Source of the DNA: Octopus vulgaris
Lineage: Eukaryota
Assembly: GCA_951406725.2 (NCBI GenBank)
Contig: OX597823.1
Coordinates: 99,572,001 to 99,636,000, forward strand
DNA length: 64,000 bases
Direction: 5' to 3'
Shown one piece after another: positions 39,351-53,466 of the stretch (its first letter is position 1; the number at the start of each line of letters is the position of its first letter). The notes under the pieces are model-generated. The model was not told where the DNA came from, ran no database searches, and was given only the letters and a program-made list of their open reading frames with translations. The position numbers and the translations under genes are program-made.

Positions 39351-41859
39351 GAAGGAAATGCAAAAGGGAACAAGGGGACACAGCATTCTGCATCTAAAAA
39401 GGTTTGCACAGACATTTGCCAAACATATCATACAGGTTCATTTAATTTACCATTATTCATTCACTTCATACTTGCTACATCTACCAGAAGAGGGTGTGCT
39501 ACACACCATTGCTTATTCAAAGATAAGAGAGATAAAAGAGTGTCAATAATTAAACTACTGGCAAATACATTTGTTACTTGTCATGTTTCCGATGCGAGCA
39601 AGCTAGCAATTCCATTTCTATATTGTAGTACTGTTGCTGCAAGTGATCTGATGTTGTTAGGAGGGAAGGGTTAGGTGGAAGAGAGCTTTCCATACAGGTT
39701 TCCAGAATAGAAGGAGGGTTCTAAGAGAAAGACTTCTGGTATAGGTGGTGGGGGTGCAATGGGAGTGCATACAGCAAACGACCAAGTCACATGGCAGAAA
39801 CATAGTGATGAAGAAGGTCAGATAAGATATTCAACAAGCTAAATCAGAAGAAATATATTTTCAGGAATTTATTTATCCGATTTTTTAATGTGAAAAATAC
39901 TTTATCTGGTGTCATTTTAATTGCATTTTTATTGTTTTCTGTTTTTCTTTTTCTTCAGTCATTTATTTGTATCATCAAAGTGCTTCATCCAAGTTTCCCT
40001 AAACTTGCCTCATTTAGGGTCAATATTCTTTAACAATTTGCTTCAGCTTTTCACATTCACAAAGCATCTTTAAAATAACTTAAATATCTTTCAAAATGGC
40101 TCTCGTGTTGCTTGGTGTTGTTTTTTCTAAGCTTCATGAATATCTTGAATGGCATCTTTTAGAATAAACTGTTTCTAAAACTCCACCAATAAAACTGCAA
40201 TTTCTTCCAATAAAATTGCAATTTAATTGCTTGCATAAAGGTTCTTCTTTAAAAACTAATTTTTAAAATAATAATCATTCTTTCATCCAAAGGCTGTTAA
40301 AGGGATGTCATGTTTGAGAGCAAAAACATGACATTCTCATGTTTGTCCATATCATTAATTGCAGTGAAATAACCAGGATATTGCCTGAAATTAAGAACAC
40401 TTTCCAAGTAATATTTTTTGCTTAACAATTTTTTCAACTACTGGGCAAAACTGGGTTGGAAGCCAATTTTCAAAAAGAGCTTTGGCCACCAATGTTTTCT
40501 TGTTAGAATGCCCAAAATACTGGTAGAAATAATTTTTTTATAGAATTTGAGAACCTGGTGATGTTGTTTGTGATAAAAAAAAAAAAAGCAGTCTGGGGAT
40601 CATCTTCTGAAGAGCTAAATAGCATTGTGTCATCTGCAACTATCAGGTGACCAATTCTGCATCCTCTGAGTGTGACATCCCTTCCTCATTTGCTGTGCAA
40701 ATCAATCTAGTTCTTAAAAAATTATAAAAAGGGAGTGACATTACACTTGTCACCTTCATTACACTGGATTCTTCAAGCTGAGCCAACCAGCACGAAGCCT
40801 AAAACCAAGAATAAAATGGCAGCAGGGTAATATCCATAGTCTTAATTAGTTATGCTTGGAAATCCAGCTGAGAAGTGTAATGATGGATACTTCTGATAGA
40901 ACTCTATGAAGGAAGTGTCTGAGGATGCATCCATAACCCTCCTAGAAATAGTCAGTGAAGAAAATGGATGGATAGATACATGAACAATGGGTTTTCATTT
41001 TACCTCACCTTCACCGTTTCCTCCCAATAAATGTGTTTAATCCATCTTTCGACATGTTAAATCAAGGTTACTAATTTTTATTTCTCTGACAAAAAAGACA
41101 TTCTTTTCATCAACCCATTTCATCAACATCAAGCATTTATTTATCATAATAAGATCTCTTTTGACTATTTCTTAAAACATCAAGATGTTTCTCTTATATA
41201 TTCATCTGTGCACCTTTAACAATTTTTTTCAACTAATTGGATCTGGAGGAAATGGAGTGTACTTGTAGCCTTCATGGACCCTCTGGTGAGATTGATTCCA
41301 TTATTGTTCCAGTTAGGCTGTTGCAAGTGAACAACCACAAGAAAGATATGAGCAGGAAGGCAAAGTTTTGGTGAAGGACTTAGCATAGTGCTTAGTTGAT
41401 TAGTGTTAAGTCTGGGGGAGATGAATGACTCAGGAGTGCTTAAATGGAAGAGGTATGAAACTTGCTAGGGATCATTATACTCGTGGTAATAAAAGGTACC
41501 ATGTTCTGCAATGTAGTGGTGTACTACCAGAGTACCAAAGACCGTTATAGTAGCGATGATAAAAAAAGCAGAGAATAGAGACAGCACAGTATATGCCAGA
41601 GGTTAAAGTGTGTCCATGAGCTTTTTATGCTACCCATTCAAGCAGCCTTTTTCTGAATGCAGCTTTGAATATCTGTTATAAGAATGCTGTGAGTTCCTGT
41701 TTGAATGTTGAAACTGTGAAACCAATCAGAACTAGAAGCAAAAAGTTTTTTTTTTCCACTCCCTGCTAGATTCTCATTTTCTATTATTAAGTTTTCTTTG
41801 CTTAACTCTTTTGACACCAATCCATATAAGACCAGACTTGGTTGCAAGATACTAACTTT

Positions 41860-42560
41860 CTGTCTTCCTATCAGGGGAGAACAAGCTGGTTTCTGACCTG
41901 GGCACAGATGCTGAAACCAAATCTTTGCCCTTTGTAAGCTGATGGAAGAATGATTGCACAGTGGATGGCAGACAGTGGTTATTTCATTGACTTCAAGTCT
42001 CACCTTTGACTGCATCAACAGGACTGCCCTATGGAGATCATTGGAAACCAAGCAAGTCCCTCAGAAAATCATTGTGTACCTATGTTCGGCCTATGTTGAT
42101 TCAACCAGCCTGGTTTGGATTGGAGATAACCTCTCTGAAGAGTTTGCCATCAGGACAGGCATTCAACAAGGAGATGTGGCCTCCCCCTCTCCTGTTCAAT
42201 GTTATCATTAATGCTATCATGTGGCAGGCTTTCAATAGACAAAAGGGGTTACAGTTCAATGCCAATAGATCTGTGCTTGACCTCATGTTTGCTGATAACG
42301 GCACGATCCTCGCCACTAATGACACCAAAGCTATGGATATCTTGCACAAAATTGCCTGCTTTGTTTGGCCTTATGGTCACAGGATCAACGTGGACAAGAT
42401 GAAAGTTGTAACAACAAATGGCTTTCCAGCCATTGTGTGTCTTGATGGCATTTCAGATTGAGTAGGTCCAGGTATTCAAATATTTTGGTTCACTGGTTGC
42501 AAAGTTGAAAGCAGAGTCAACAACATGGATGAACTGCGGAATCAGGTCTGCTACGTCGGT
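41860..42560 (+). mobile_element. Degenerate RTE-type RT fragment from a different family
   Basis: EQAGF*PG...QIFAL...FDCINRTALW...TGIQQGDVASP/LLFNV...DLMFADN...INVDKMKV...FKYFGS. Confidence 0.85.
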
Positions 42561-43599
42561 GTTTGCATCCATTCAGTGGTGTGTCTGACACAAGTACATC
42601 TCCTGCAGGATAGCTTTCTCAGAGACCACCGTATGACGGAGTGAGATATTCTATTAAAGACTTTCTCTAGATCAACAAATGCCCAGTACAAAGCCTTGTT
42701 CTTAGTTATATATGTAATGAAATTATATTGGTCTTTATATTGGACATCATCAATCATGTTTCTGCTCACTGAAAACACAATGTTTTATTTATATTCTAAT
42801 CCCAACAAAGAATCTGTTTTGAAAATGTATTGAAAATATAAATGTGGTACCTGGTTTAAATATTAAACTTGTAAAACTCATGTTCCTGTTAACACCCAAT
42901 GCTCCACTTACCTCCCCTATGTGACTCCAAGAGGTCGCTACTGCTCTGATTAAGAATCACTAGACTTGTGAACTGTCATTTCCACGAGATAGAAATGGTT
43001 GTGGAATATAAAGTGAGACCTCATCAACTCTATATTATTAATATAGCAATAGGTTTAATAAATTGGTTGAAACAGGAAATTGAATATCATTGCTGTAGCA
43101 AATTCCTTCCCATTACATTATGAATTCAAATCTCAAAGGAATTGAGCTTTACTTTCATCTTGCAGGGTTGATCAAACAAGTGGCAACAAAATACAACCTG
43201 ATCAATTCCTCTGACTTTATTCCTTTTTCTGTAGAAATTTTCCTAATCAATATTATTAGGCCAGTGATCATAGTATACTCAAGGAAGAGGTTACTAAAAT
43301 TTTAGTGCCTCACTATTTTGAGTCATGAGTTGATAGAATAAGATTTATTAATGTACAAGGTCGTAAATTATTGATTTCTTTGAATAAAACCCATGGAGAG
43401 TCTGTTTCCTTAATTTAGGGTTCTTAGATTTTACATAACAGTTCTCAGTAATATTATAGGTGACTTATTTTAGCTACCCCAATATCCTACAAAGTTGACT
43501 CACGAAGGACTTAGGACGCTAATGATGAAAATCTGGGCTCACACTGTATCAATATCTGGTTTAGGTACCCAGTATGGTTGCTCGATAAAATAATAATTA

Positions 43600-46500
43600 T
43601 TATAAAGTGTTCATGATTTAATGCCACTGACGACATATATCTATTCCCTACAATAAGGCCAGTCATCTTTATTTCCGTCTCTGTCATGTTGGCATACGAG
43701 ATACTAGCAACCGAACTCCCTGCCTTTCAAGACTAGAATAAGTATTACATCATCGTATTTCTTACGCTCATTGCTTTCGAATTCTCTCCTTCTTTCCCTC
43801 CTCGCAAACTGAGCATTCTGCGAAGCAAAGAAAAATTGTCTGCCGTTAGGTTTGATTACTCAGTAATATTTACTTGAGTGAATCCATGTCCGTGCGGAAT
43901 TACACGGACATTTATATATCCATGACAGTATGTGTATAAATGTGTACGTGTGTATATATACAAACATACATAACAATGTAAAGGTAACACACACACAACA
44001 ATGCCAAGGTAAAACACACACACACGCATTACTAACATATGTGTCGTTACTTTACTTAAGTGACTTACAGTATTTATTCATTGTAACTTTTACACTAACA
44101 AACAACTTCAAATCACAATTTTTTTTACTTAAATGACCTCGTGTCAAACGCACGAAAAAAAGTGTGTGTGTGTATGTAGGTCCTAGATATATTTTGTAAA
44201 ACCATTCTCCAGCTGCATGTTAGTAACTGTAAGTGGTGACAATCACTTAACTACCTATTTGCTGCACATTAAGATTGCATCTGTAGCTTTCCTATTCTTT
44301 TGCAGCATATTTGCATCCCGTATATATTACATCAGCTGTCCAATTTTTTTCGTCTATCTATCCTCTCTATATACCAATATATCTATCACTGCTCTCGTAA
44401 CCCGCTAGCCTAGCCACGCACCCCTCTCGCTGTAAATTAGTGCAGTCTTATCTCAGTTTGATGCAACCATACCGATATACTAACATCTCTCTCTCTCTGC
44501 TATGTAAACAGTAAATCCTGCCTTCCGGTAGTTTTTAATGCTTTAGTTGCGCGAGATTGTGTCTATATGTGTGTGTGTGTGTGCGCGCAGTAGTGTTATG
44601 GCAATTGCTTCGATTGCTGTTTCTTGTTTAATGCACATGCGATATGTGCACTCTCTCTACTGCAGTTACTACTGCCAACCAGGGTGGATCCTTCCTTGTC
44701 TTAGTAATGCCGCAATTGTTTAGATACCCAAACCCAGACCAGTACCCCACCACCACTTCAGTTCTTGGTTTGCAGCAGCGGCAACAACAACAACAACGCC
44801 TGTAACAACTGCATGTACTGTTAGCAATATGCATATAAAGAGAAGCAATAGTGAAGCGATTGAGGTTAGTATTAACTTCTAAAGCCTTGCTATTGATTTG
44901 TTTTTGCATTTGCAATGAGCTGGGGGAAGAGAATATCTATAGTTTCGTTGCAAAGGTCAAACAACTATATTTAGCAACGTGGGCCAATAATAGCTAACTC
45001 CCTGAATGAGGAAGGGAATAAATATCCAAGCACCGTAATTTCTGTCTACTGAAAAACCAAAGGGGTGTGCGAGAGCTGAACACAAATCCACACAGTTAAT
45101 ACAGAATAAAAATAAATATTGATAATAAATAAAAATAGAAATATATTTACACATGCACGCACCGTCTTACAAATAGATAGTTATAAATAGACAGACAGAT
45201 AGATGTTTATATTATTTAATTAGCTGTTAATAGAAACATGCCGCTTCTCACCCTCCTCTCTCTGTCTTTCTGACTCTCTCTCTCTTTCTCCCTTTCTCTT
45301 TCTTTCTTTTAGTCGCTGTGTTGCTACTAGTAAGCTGGCCGACTAACACCCCCCCCCTTGACTTCAATAAATAGACTCTTCCAACCAGCCAGCCAGCCTG
45401 CCCGCCTGTCTGCCTGCATGTCTTCTCTGACAACATTGAGGCTGTGAGCAATGCTTTTTCGAAACACTACCGTTTCTGGATGTTTGTACTTGTGATTCAA
45501 CATGTCAATGTTAGCTGCCATCAGGTAGGTAATCGCAGACTGTCTTTTCTCTGTTAAATAACACCAAGTAAGGCAACAGACAAATCTTTTTTCCTTGTCC
45601 ACAGCTCTAAGACTAATGCTGAGACCAACTTTAAGCTTGTCTAGGAAATCGACTTCACTCTTGTAATTACCGCAGAGACCAGCACCAACAGCCAAGATGA
45701 CGGTCGCCAGAATTCTACCCGCCACTCGTCCATTCTGGCCTTCTGTTGGTTTCTGCGAGTGGCGTTGAAGGTCTTCGCACTACAACTAACCTTCTTTGAC
45801 AATCCTCTGAAATTCTTTTGCATTTACATTCTTAATTGAAACTTTGTTCTCTGGATCTTGTCGAGGTGTATGGATAACATAATGATTTCCCAACACTTTG
45901 GTAAGAAAAGGGGCAAGTCCTAATGAGAGTAAATCTAACTAGTGGCTTCTGTAGATCTTTTATTTTTTAACTCTCAGTCGAACCAACTGAGCATGGCTTC
46001 ACCCCGACCCCTTGTCATCTTTGTGTGTGTGTGTGCAATGGAAAATTGTTTATAATATATAAACAGTCGGCAAAGAAGCTCAGTCCTTCTTATCTGCTGA
46101 AGCCACAATCTCGTTGCCTCACTACAACAAAACTGCCTCGTCTGTTTATTTCTATAATAAACAGTTGCAGCCAGCACTACTAACACAGTTATTAATAGCG
46201 ACATCACAGTCGGTGCCATTACTTTGGTAATGAGGAAAATATAGCAAAACTATGTCATTTCTTGTTTAAGCTTTTCACTCTTCTATAAATTTCTTCTCTA
46301 ACATATTGTGTAACTGAAAGAATCAACAACATTGCTATTTGTATTCAATGGTTTTGTATTATTGGAACATCAGATTTTAATTTGTCGTTTCTGCCAGTAT
46401 TTTTGGTGTCAATTAGAAGAGGACTTCTCTATCATTCACGGATGTTGCCAGTTGCTTTATTTCAATATGTTGTTTATACAGTGTTAACATATATATTCCA

Positions 46501-48151
46501 CACACACTTGACACTGTCCCATCAACACACCCAGCGCATATGAAATTTCTATATTTTATTTACGTAAGACGACGATGACGACGACGACATGTCAGGCTAA
46601 AATAAGTTGCTCTAAAATGCTTACCAAGTGTTTTTATTTGCTTCTTCACCATCGTAATTCACTTATGGTTTAATCATTGCAACTTTAATTATTATCGTTT
46701 TGCTTTCTAGTTGAAAGCAAACCTGATTTCTTTGTTAATGTTATCTCTTTTATTTTTTAGTCGAAAGTGTTTTAACCAATCTCGATTACTATATTATTAT
46801 TTGCTGAGTAAACCATTTCGACGATTGTAGTTAGAGAGAGGGCATCGATTATGATGATGATGATGATGAATGTAATAATTTTGTCCGAGACACGACAGCG
46901 AGAACAATTATATATTTTGATTACTGTTCTATTATTATTATTATTAATTTCTTGTCTTTATTCCAATAAGGGGAAATGGTGGTTATATTGGTAATGTTGA
47001 GTGGCATTGAGGAGAAAAACCCTCCAAAAACCATCTAAGTACGTTTTTATGGTACAAACATCATCATCATCATCACCAATTGAAGGAGTCGAGTCCGTCT
47101 AGTCAGACAGCTGCCCGCCCAGAGGAAATTATTCACAATTCAAACTTGGCTCATCAAAAAAAACAAAACAAAAAATTAATTTGTCATTACACAACCTTTT
47201 TCTTTTCTAGTTTTCTGATGTTTTGGGGGACTTGTTTTTGTTTCCTGTCGAAAGTTAGAAAATGAATTTCATATCCCCGCTTCTTCCCTTTACATTCACT
47301 CGTTTTTTCTGTTACCAACACTTTTATATAGCAAACACTTCTAATAGAATCTTTTGATGAACTTCGCAGCCCCTTTACAAACACAATTCGTTACCACTTC
47401 ATTAGCGGATCTACCCTGTCTCCCGTCCTATTTTTTTTTCCATTCATTAAACTATTTTTCTGTTCGTTTCTTTTACTGTCCATTTCACTCTGTCTTCGTA
47501 TCTAAATATGTCTGTGTCACTTGTCTGCGTATTCCTCTACGATTATCTTATATTATGCGTGTGATGTCTGTCATATCCAGCCTAACTACCATATATTGAT
47601 AATAATAAAAAAAGAAACCCAAATCGCTGTAGTTACTTTGTCTAGCCGATAGCTATTATATAATTTACACTTCATTGTAAAGACTAACTCGTTTATTTAA
47701 CAAGACAAATTGATCTCTTTTAATTACCGACGAGATATCATTATTACCTTTGGTGACACCTACCTTGGAGATTTGTTTTGATTAGTAATTGCTTTTTAAG
47801 GAATATCGTTAATTTTGAAACAATCTCTCTTCACATACAACACTGAAATTCCATATATGATGTTTTACAAATACGCCCACATACACACACACACACACAC
47901 ATAGAACAACACCTTCACACACACACACTGAAATGCGTATAAAATGTATTGAGTGGTGTTGCTATTGGCGAAAAAATGTCCATATAGAATAGAAGATATA
48001 GATACACCCACAACATCCGTGCTATCTTTGAATCAATGCTAGCGTGGAGCTAAATATAAGTTATCGATCTGCTTCGAAAATGAATATAGCGCGGTTTTAT
48101 TTGCGGAATAGATAATTTCTGGTTGTGAAATATGTATTTAGAACTCATGGG

Positions 48152-48188
<37 letters not shown>

Positions 48189-48400
48189 AGTCTAAGGTAC
48201 GTACAGTTTACAACAACTCTTTATCTCTGTCAGGATTGTCTGTCTATGCGTATTTATATATACATATACATATGTCTACATATACATTCTCCCATTTACA
48301 TGTATGTGAGTGAGTGTATGTATACACACACAGCCATATATATGTTATGGACACTCACGTGAAAGGAGTTAAAAGCATTAAAATTTCATCCATTTTCCGT
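43600..48400 (+). promoter_or_regulatory. TE-poor, CpG-richer unique block; probable promoter / 5' region of a host gene
   Basis: Visibly more CpG than the flanks and no recognisable young TE. Contains CTTCCGG (44522), GGCCAAT (44982), a (CT)n tract at 45250-45310 and + strand splice signals at 45525, 45604 and 45901. Confidence 0.5.
45605..45900 (+). other. Candidate exon, mostly 5' UTR, with a possible coding start MDNIMISQHF at 45870
   Basis: Acceptor TTTTTTCCTTGTCCACAG| ends at 45604, after donor CAG|GTAGGT at 45525 (80-bp intron). Donor TTG|GTAAGA at 45901. ATG at 45870 is open to the donor in phase 1. Product not recognised. Confidence 0.45.
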
Positions 48401-49735
48401 AACTTTGAGATTTATTATCCCTCCACATAAGTGGTCGCTCCGCTTACAGGATGTTTTTGACATGCAGCTAAAAGAACGGGATGGTCATGGTTGGAATATT
48501 TTTCATCATCGGATTACTTGGTCAAGATTTGCCCTCCGGTTAAAGAGCGGCAATCTTTTGCAGAATAAATAAAGTTTCAAAACTCAGGAATCCTTTTGCA
48601 TCGTGCTAGTTGCAAGTGATCGAATCAAGAACGAAATTGAAATATTTTAAATTTGTGGTAGACATCTAATTACATTAAACTTAGTATATATAAGAAAATG
48701 AAATAAAAACCCACGTAACCTCATTTTCATTCTGGAGCAAGTTGTTCTTTAACCCCAGGTCAAGCTTCATAAAATCACTACCATTCCAGCCGGACATGAC
48801 CAACAATATTTTTTCGTGGGGATCAAGGACTATTGAGTTGGTTCTTATTTACGACAGGATGTTGTGATTTAAGGAAAATATTGATGATTATTTCTAGCAC
48901 GTACACACTCGTTTTTTGCTCATCAATAGCAAGTGGAAACGGCATGTATGGTGGTCAGTCTTTCTCCCAAGTTATTTCCTTTTTTGGAAAGTACGAAAAC
49001 AGATTCCATGAGAGAACTTAATAAAATTATATATATATATATATCTATATATATGAGATAATGTATATAAGGTATTTATTTTCTGTATTTTTTTTAATGA
49101 ATTGGTCAAATCTTAGACATACGTTGATTCCTACGACTTCCAACCGTTGCAAGTGGGTGTATTCAGCAGAGCAATTTCTATGAACATAGAGTCAGAGCGT
49201 GTTTAGTCACCTGTTGTCACTGTCGAGTTGTATCCATTAAAGAGTTCCCGATTTCTGTGTGACAATGGAATCGTGATTAAGAAGTTTGTCTTACAACACC
49301 TGCCTCTGTTTCGATCCTCATTTGTAGAGTACCTGGGGGAGATGGCGACCAGGGTGGTTTCAGGTTGAGATACCTTTGGTGTAGAAATTGTGGAACAATA
49401 TGTCAAGGCAAATCATCATAAACACCTTTGTTTACCGGTGCAAACAGGTGCGTCGACCAATTGTGTCCCTTTATGTCAAGAACTTAAAACTGATATATGT
49501 ATACACACGCACACACACATATATATAAAAATACATATACGTATATATATATATATATATATATATATAGCAATCTATATTATCTACATAATCTACATAT
49601 AAGGATTGTGGAGAGGGTACAAAAGTAGAATGAAAACTAATGCTGGTGCTCCATCATGACCACAACCACCTGGCTGAAACAATAAAAGAATATATATATA
49701 AACACATATATACATATATATTTATACATATATAT

Positions 49736-49773
<38 letters not shown>

Positions 49774-49777
<4 letters not shown>

Positions 49778-50072
49778 CTCTTCAATATCCTCCCGAAGAA
49801 CCTGAGGGACCTGCATGGGGTGGATGCGGATGTCTTTAAAGTAGGACTGGATCTCTTCCTGTCAGGTGTCCCGGATGAACCAACTTCACGCCAGGAGGTG
49901 CAGATGAGGGCAGCTGGATCGAACTCTCTCATGCACCAAATGGCAGTTGCTATAAAGCATTCGTGAAGTAAATTCATGTAGCAACACCAAATGGCGGTGC
50001 CCCAGCATGGCCACAGCTCGTGAGCTAAAACTAGATAAAATAAGATAAAATAAAATAAAAAATAAAATAAAA
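49774..50072 (+). mobile_element. CR1/L2-type LINE 3' end (ORF C-terminus, 3' UTR, (TAAAA)n tail)
   Basis: [17 protein letters not shown]...PDEPTSRQ matches 55649-55804 and supplies the 3' end hidden by the gap. Confidence 0.92.
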
Positions 50073-50075
50073 TAC

Positions 50076-50115
<40 letters not shown>

Positions 50116-50169
50116 ATCTCTATATGTATGCATATATATATATATATACATACATCTCTATATGTATGC

Positions 50170-50222
<53 letters not shown>

Positions 50223-50281
50223 TACATACATCTCTCTCTCTATATATATATGTATATATATATATATATATATATGTATGT

Positions 50282-50710
50282 AGGCGCAGGAGTGGCTATG
50301 TGGTAAGTAGCTTGCTAACCAGCCACATGGTTCCGGGTTCAGTCCCACTGCATGCGGCATCTTGGGCAAGTGTCTTCTGCTATAGCCCCGGGCCAACCAA
50401 TGCCTTGTGAGTGGATTTGGTAGACGGAAACTGAAAGAAGCCTGTCGTATATATGTATATATATGTATGTATGTGTGTGTATATGTTTGTGTGTCTGTGT
50501 TTGTCCCTCTAGCATTGCTTGACAACCGATGCTGGTGTGTTTACGTCCCCCGTCACTTAGCGGTTCGGCAAAAGAGACCGATAGAATAAGTACTGGGCTT
50601 ACAAAAGAATAAGTCCCGGGGTCAAGTTGCTCGATTAAAAAAAAGGCGGTGCTCAGCATGGCCGCAGTCAAATGACTGAAACAAGTAAAAAAGAGAAAAG
50701 AAAAAGAGAA
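50282..50710 (+). mobile_element. Full-length tRNA-derived SINE, family A
   Basis: GGCGCAGGAGTGGCTATGTGGTAAG / GGTTCAGTCCC boxes, CORE-like segment, internal microsatellite, LINE-like tail GGCGGTGCTCAGCATGGCCGCAGTCAAATGACTGAAAC. Confidence 0.9.
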
Positions 50711-50738
50711 TATATGTATATATATATATATGTATATA

Positions 50739-50845
<107 letters not shown>

Positions 50846-50880
50846 TTAACATTTTAAGCAGCAGAAAATTCAACAAAAAT

Positions 50881-50918
50881 CTGTTACTCTGAGTTTCTCG
50901 TTGCCGTTCATCAGACAG
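50881..50918 (-). ncRNA. Minimal hammerhead ribozyme with an intact core
   Basis: Minus strand CTGT-CTGATGA-ACG(GCAA)CGA-GAAA-CTCAGAG-TA-ACAG. Confidence 0.82.
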
Positions 50919-51062
50919 TTTATCTATAAATACTGTATGATGAAAAATGTAACATAGATTATTGTTGATGAATATTTCTGTTATACAAAATAAAGCATAT
51001 TACTCTACCACTGGTATTTATACTCTTTTATCCACCTTGTTTATATTTATATGTTTATACGG

Positions 51063-53464
<2,402 letters not shown>

Positions 53465-53466
<2 letters not shown>

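Noticed and set aside
45327-45725. 132-aa minus-strand ORF with a hydrophobic N-terminus
   Set aside because: GTG start, no recognisable domain, runs into simple repeats, and local splice signals favour the + strand.
45698-45764. TGA-CGG followed by a pseudoknot as a readthrough or antizyme-like frameshift signal
   Set aside because: The frame containing that TGA has no upstream ATG after the previous stop and closes again soon after.
43600-48400. Conserved microRNA genes in the unique block
   Set aside because: No mature sequence of a conserved bilaterian miRNA family was recognised by eye. Lineage-specific miRNAs cannot be excluded.
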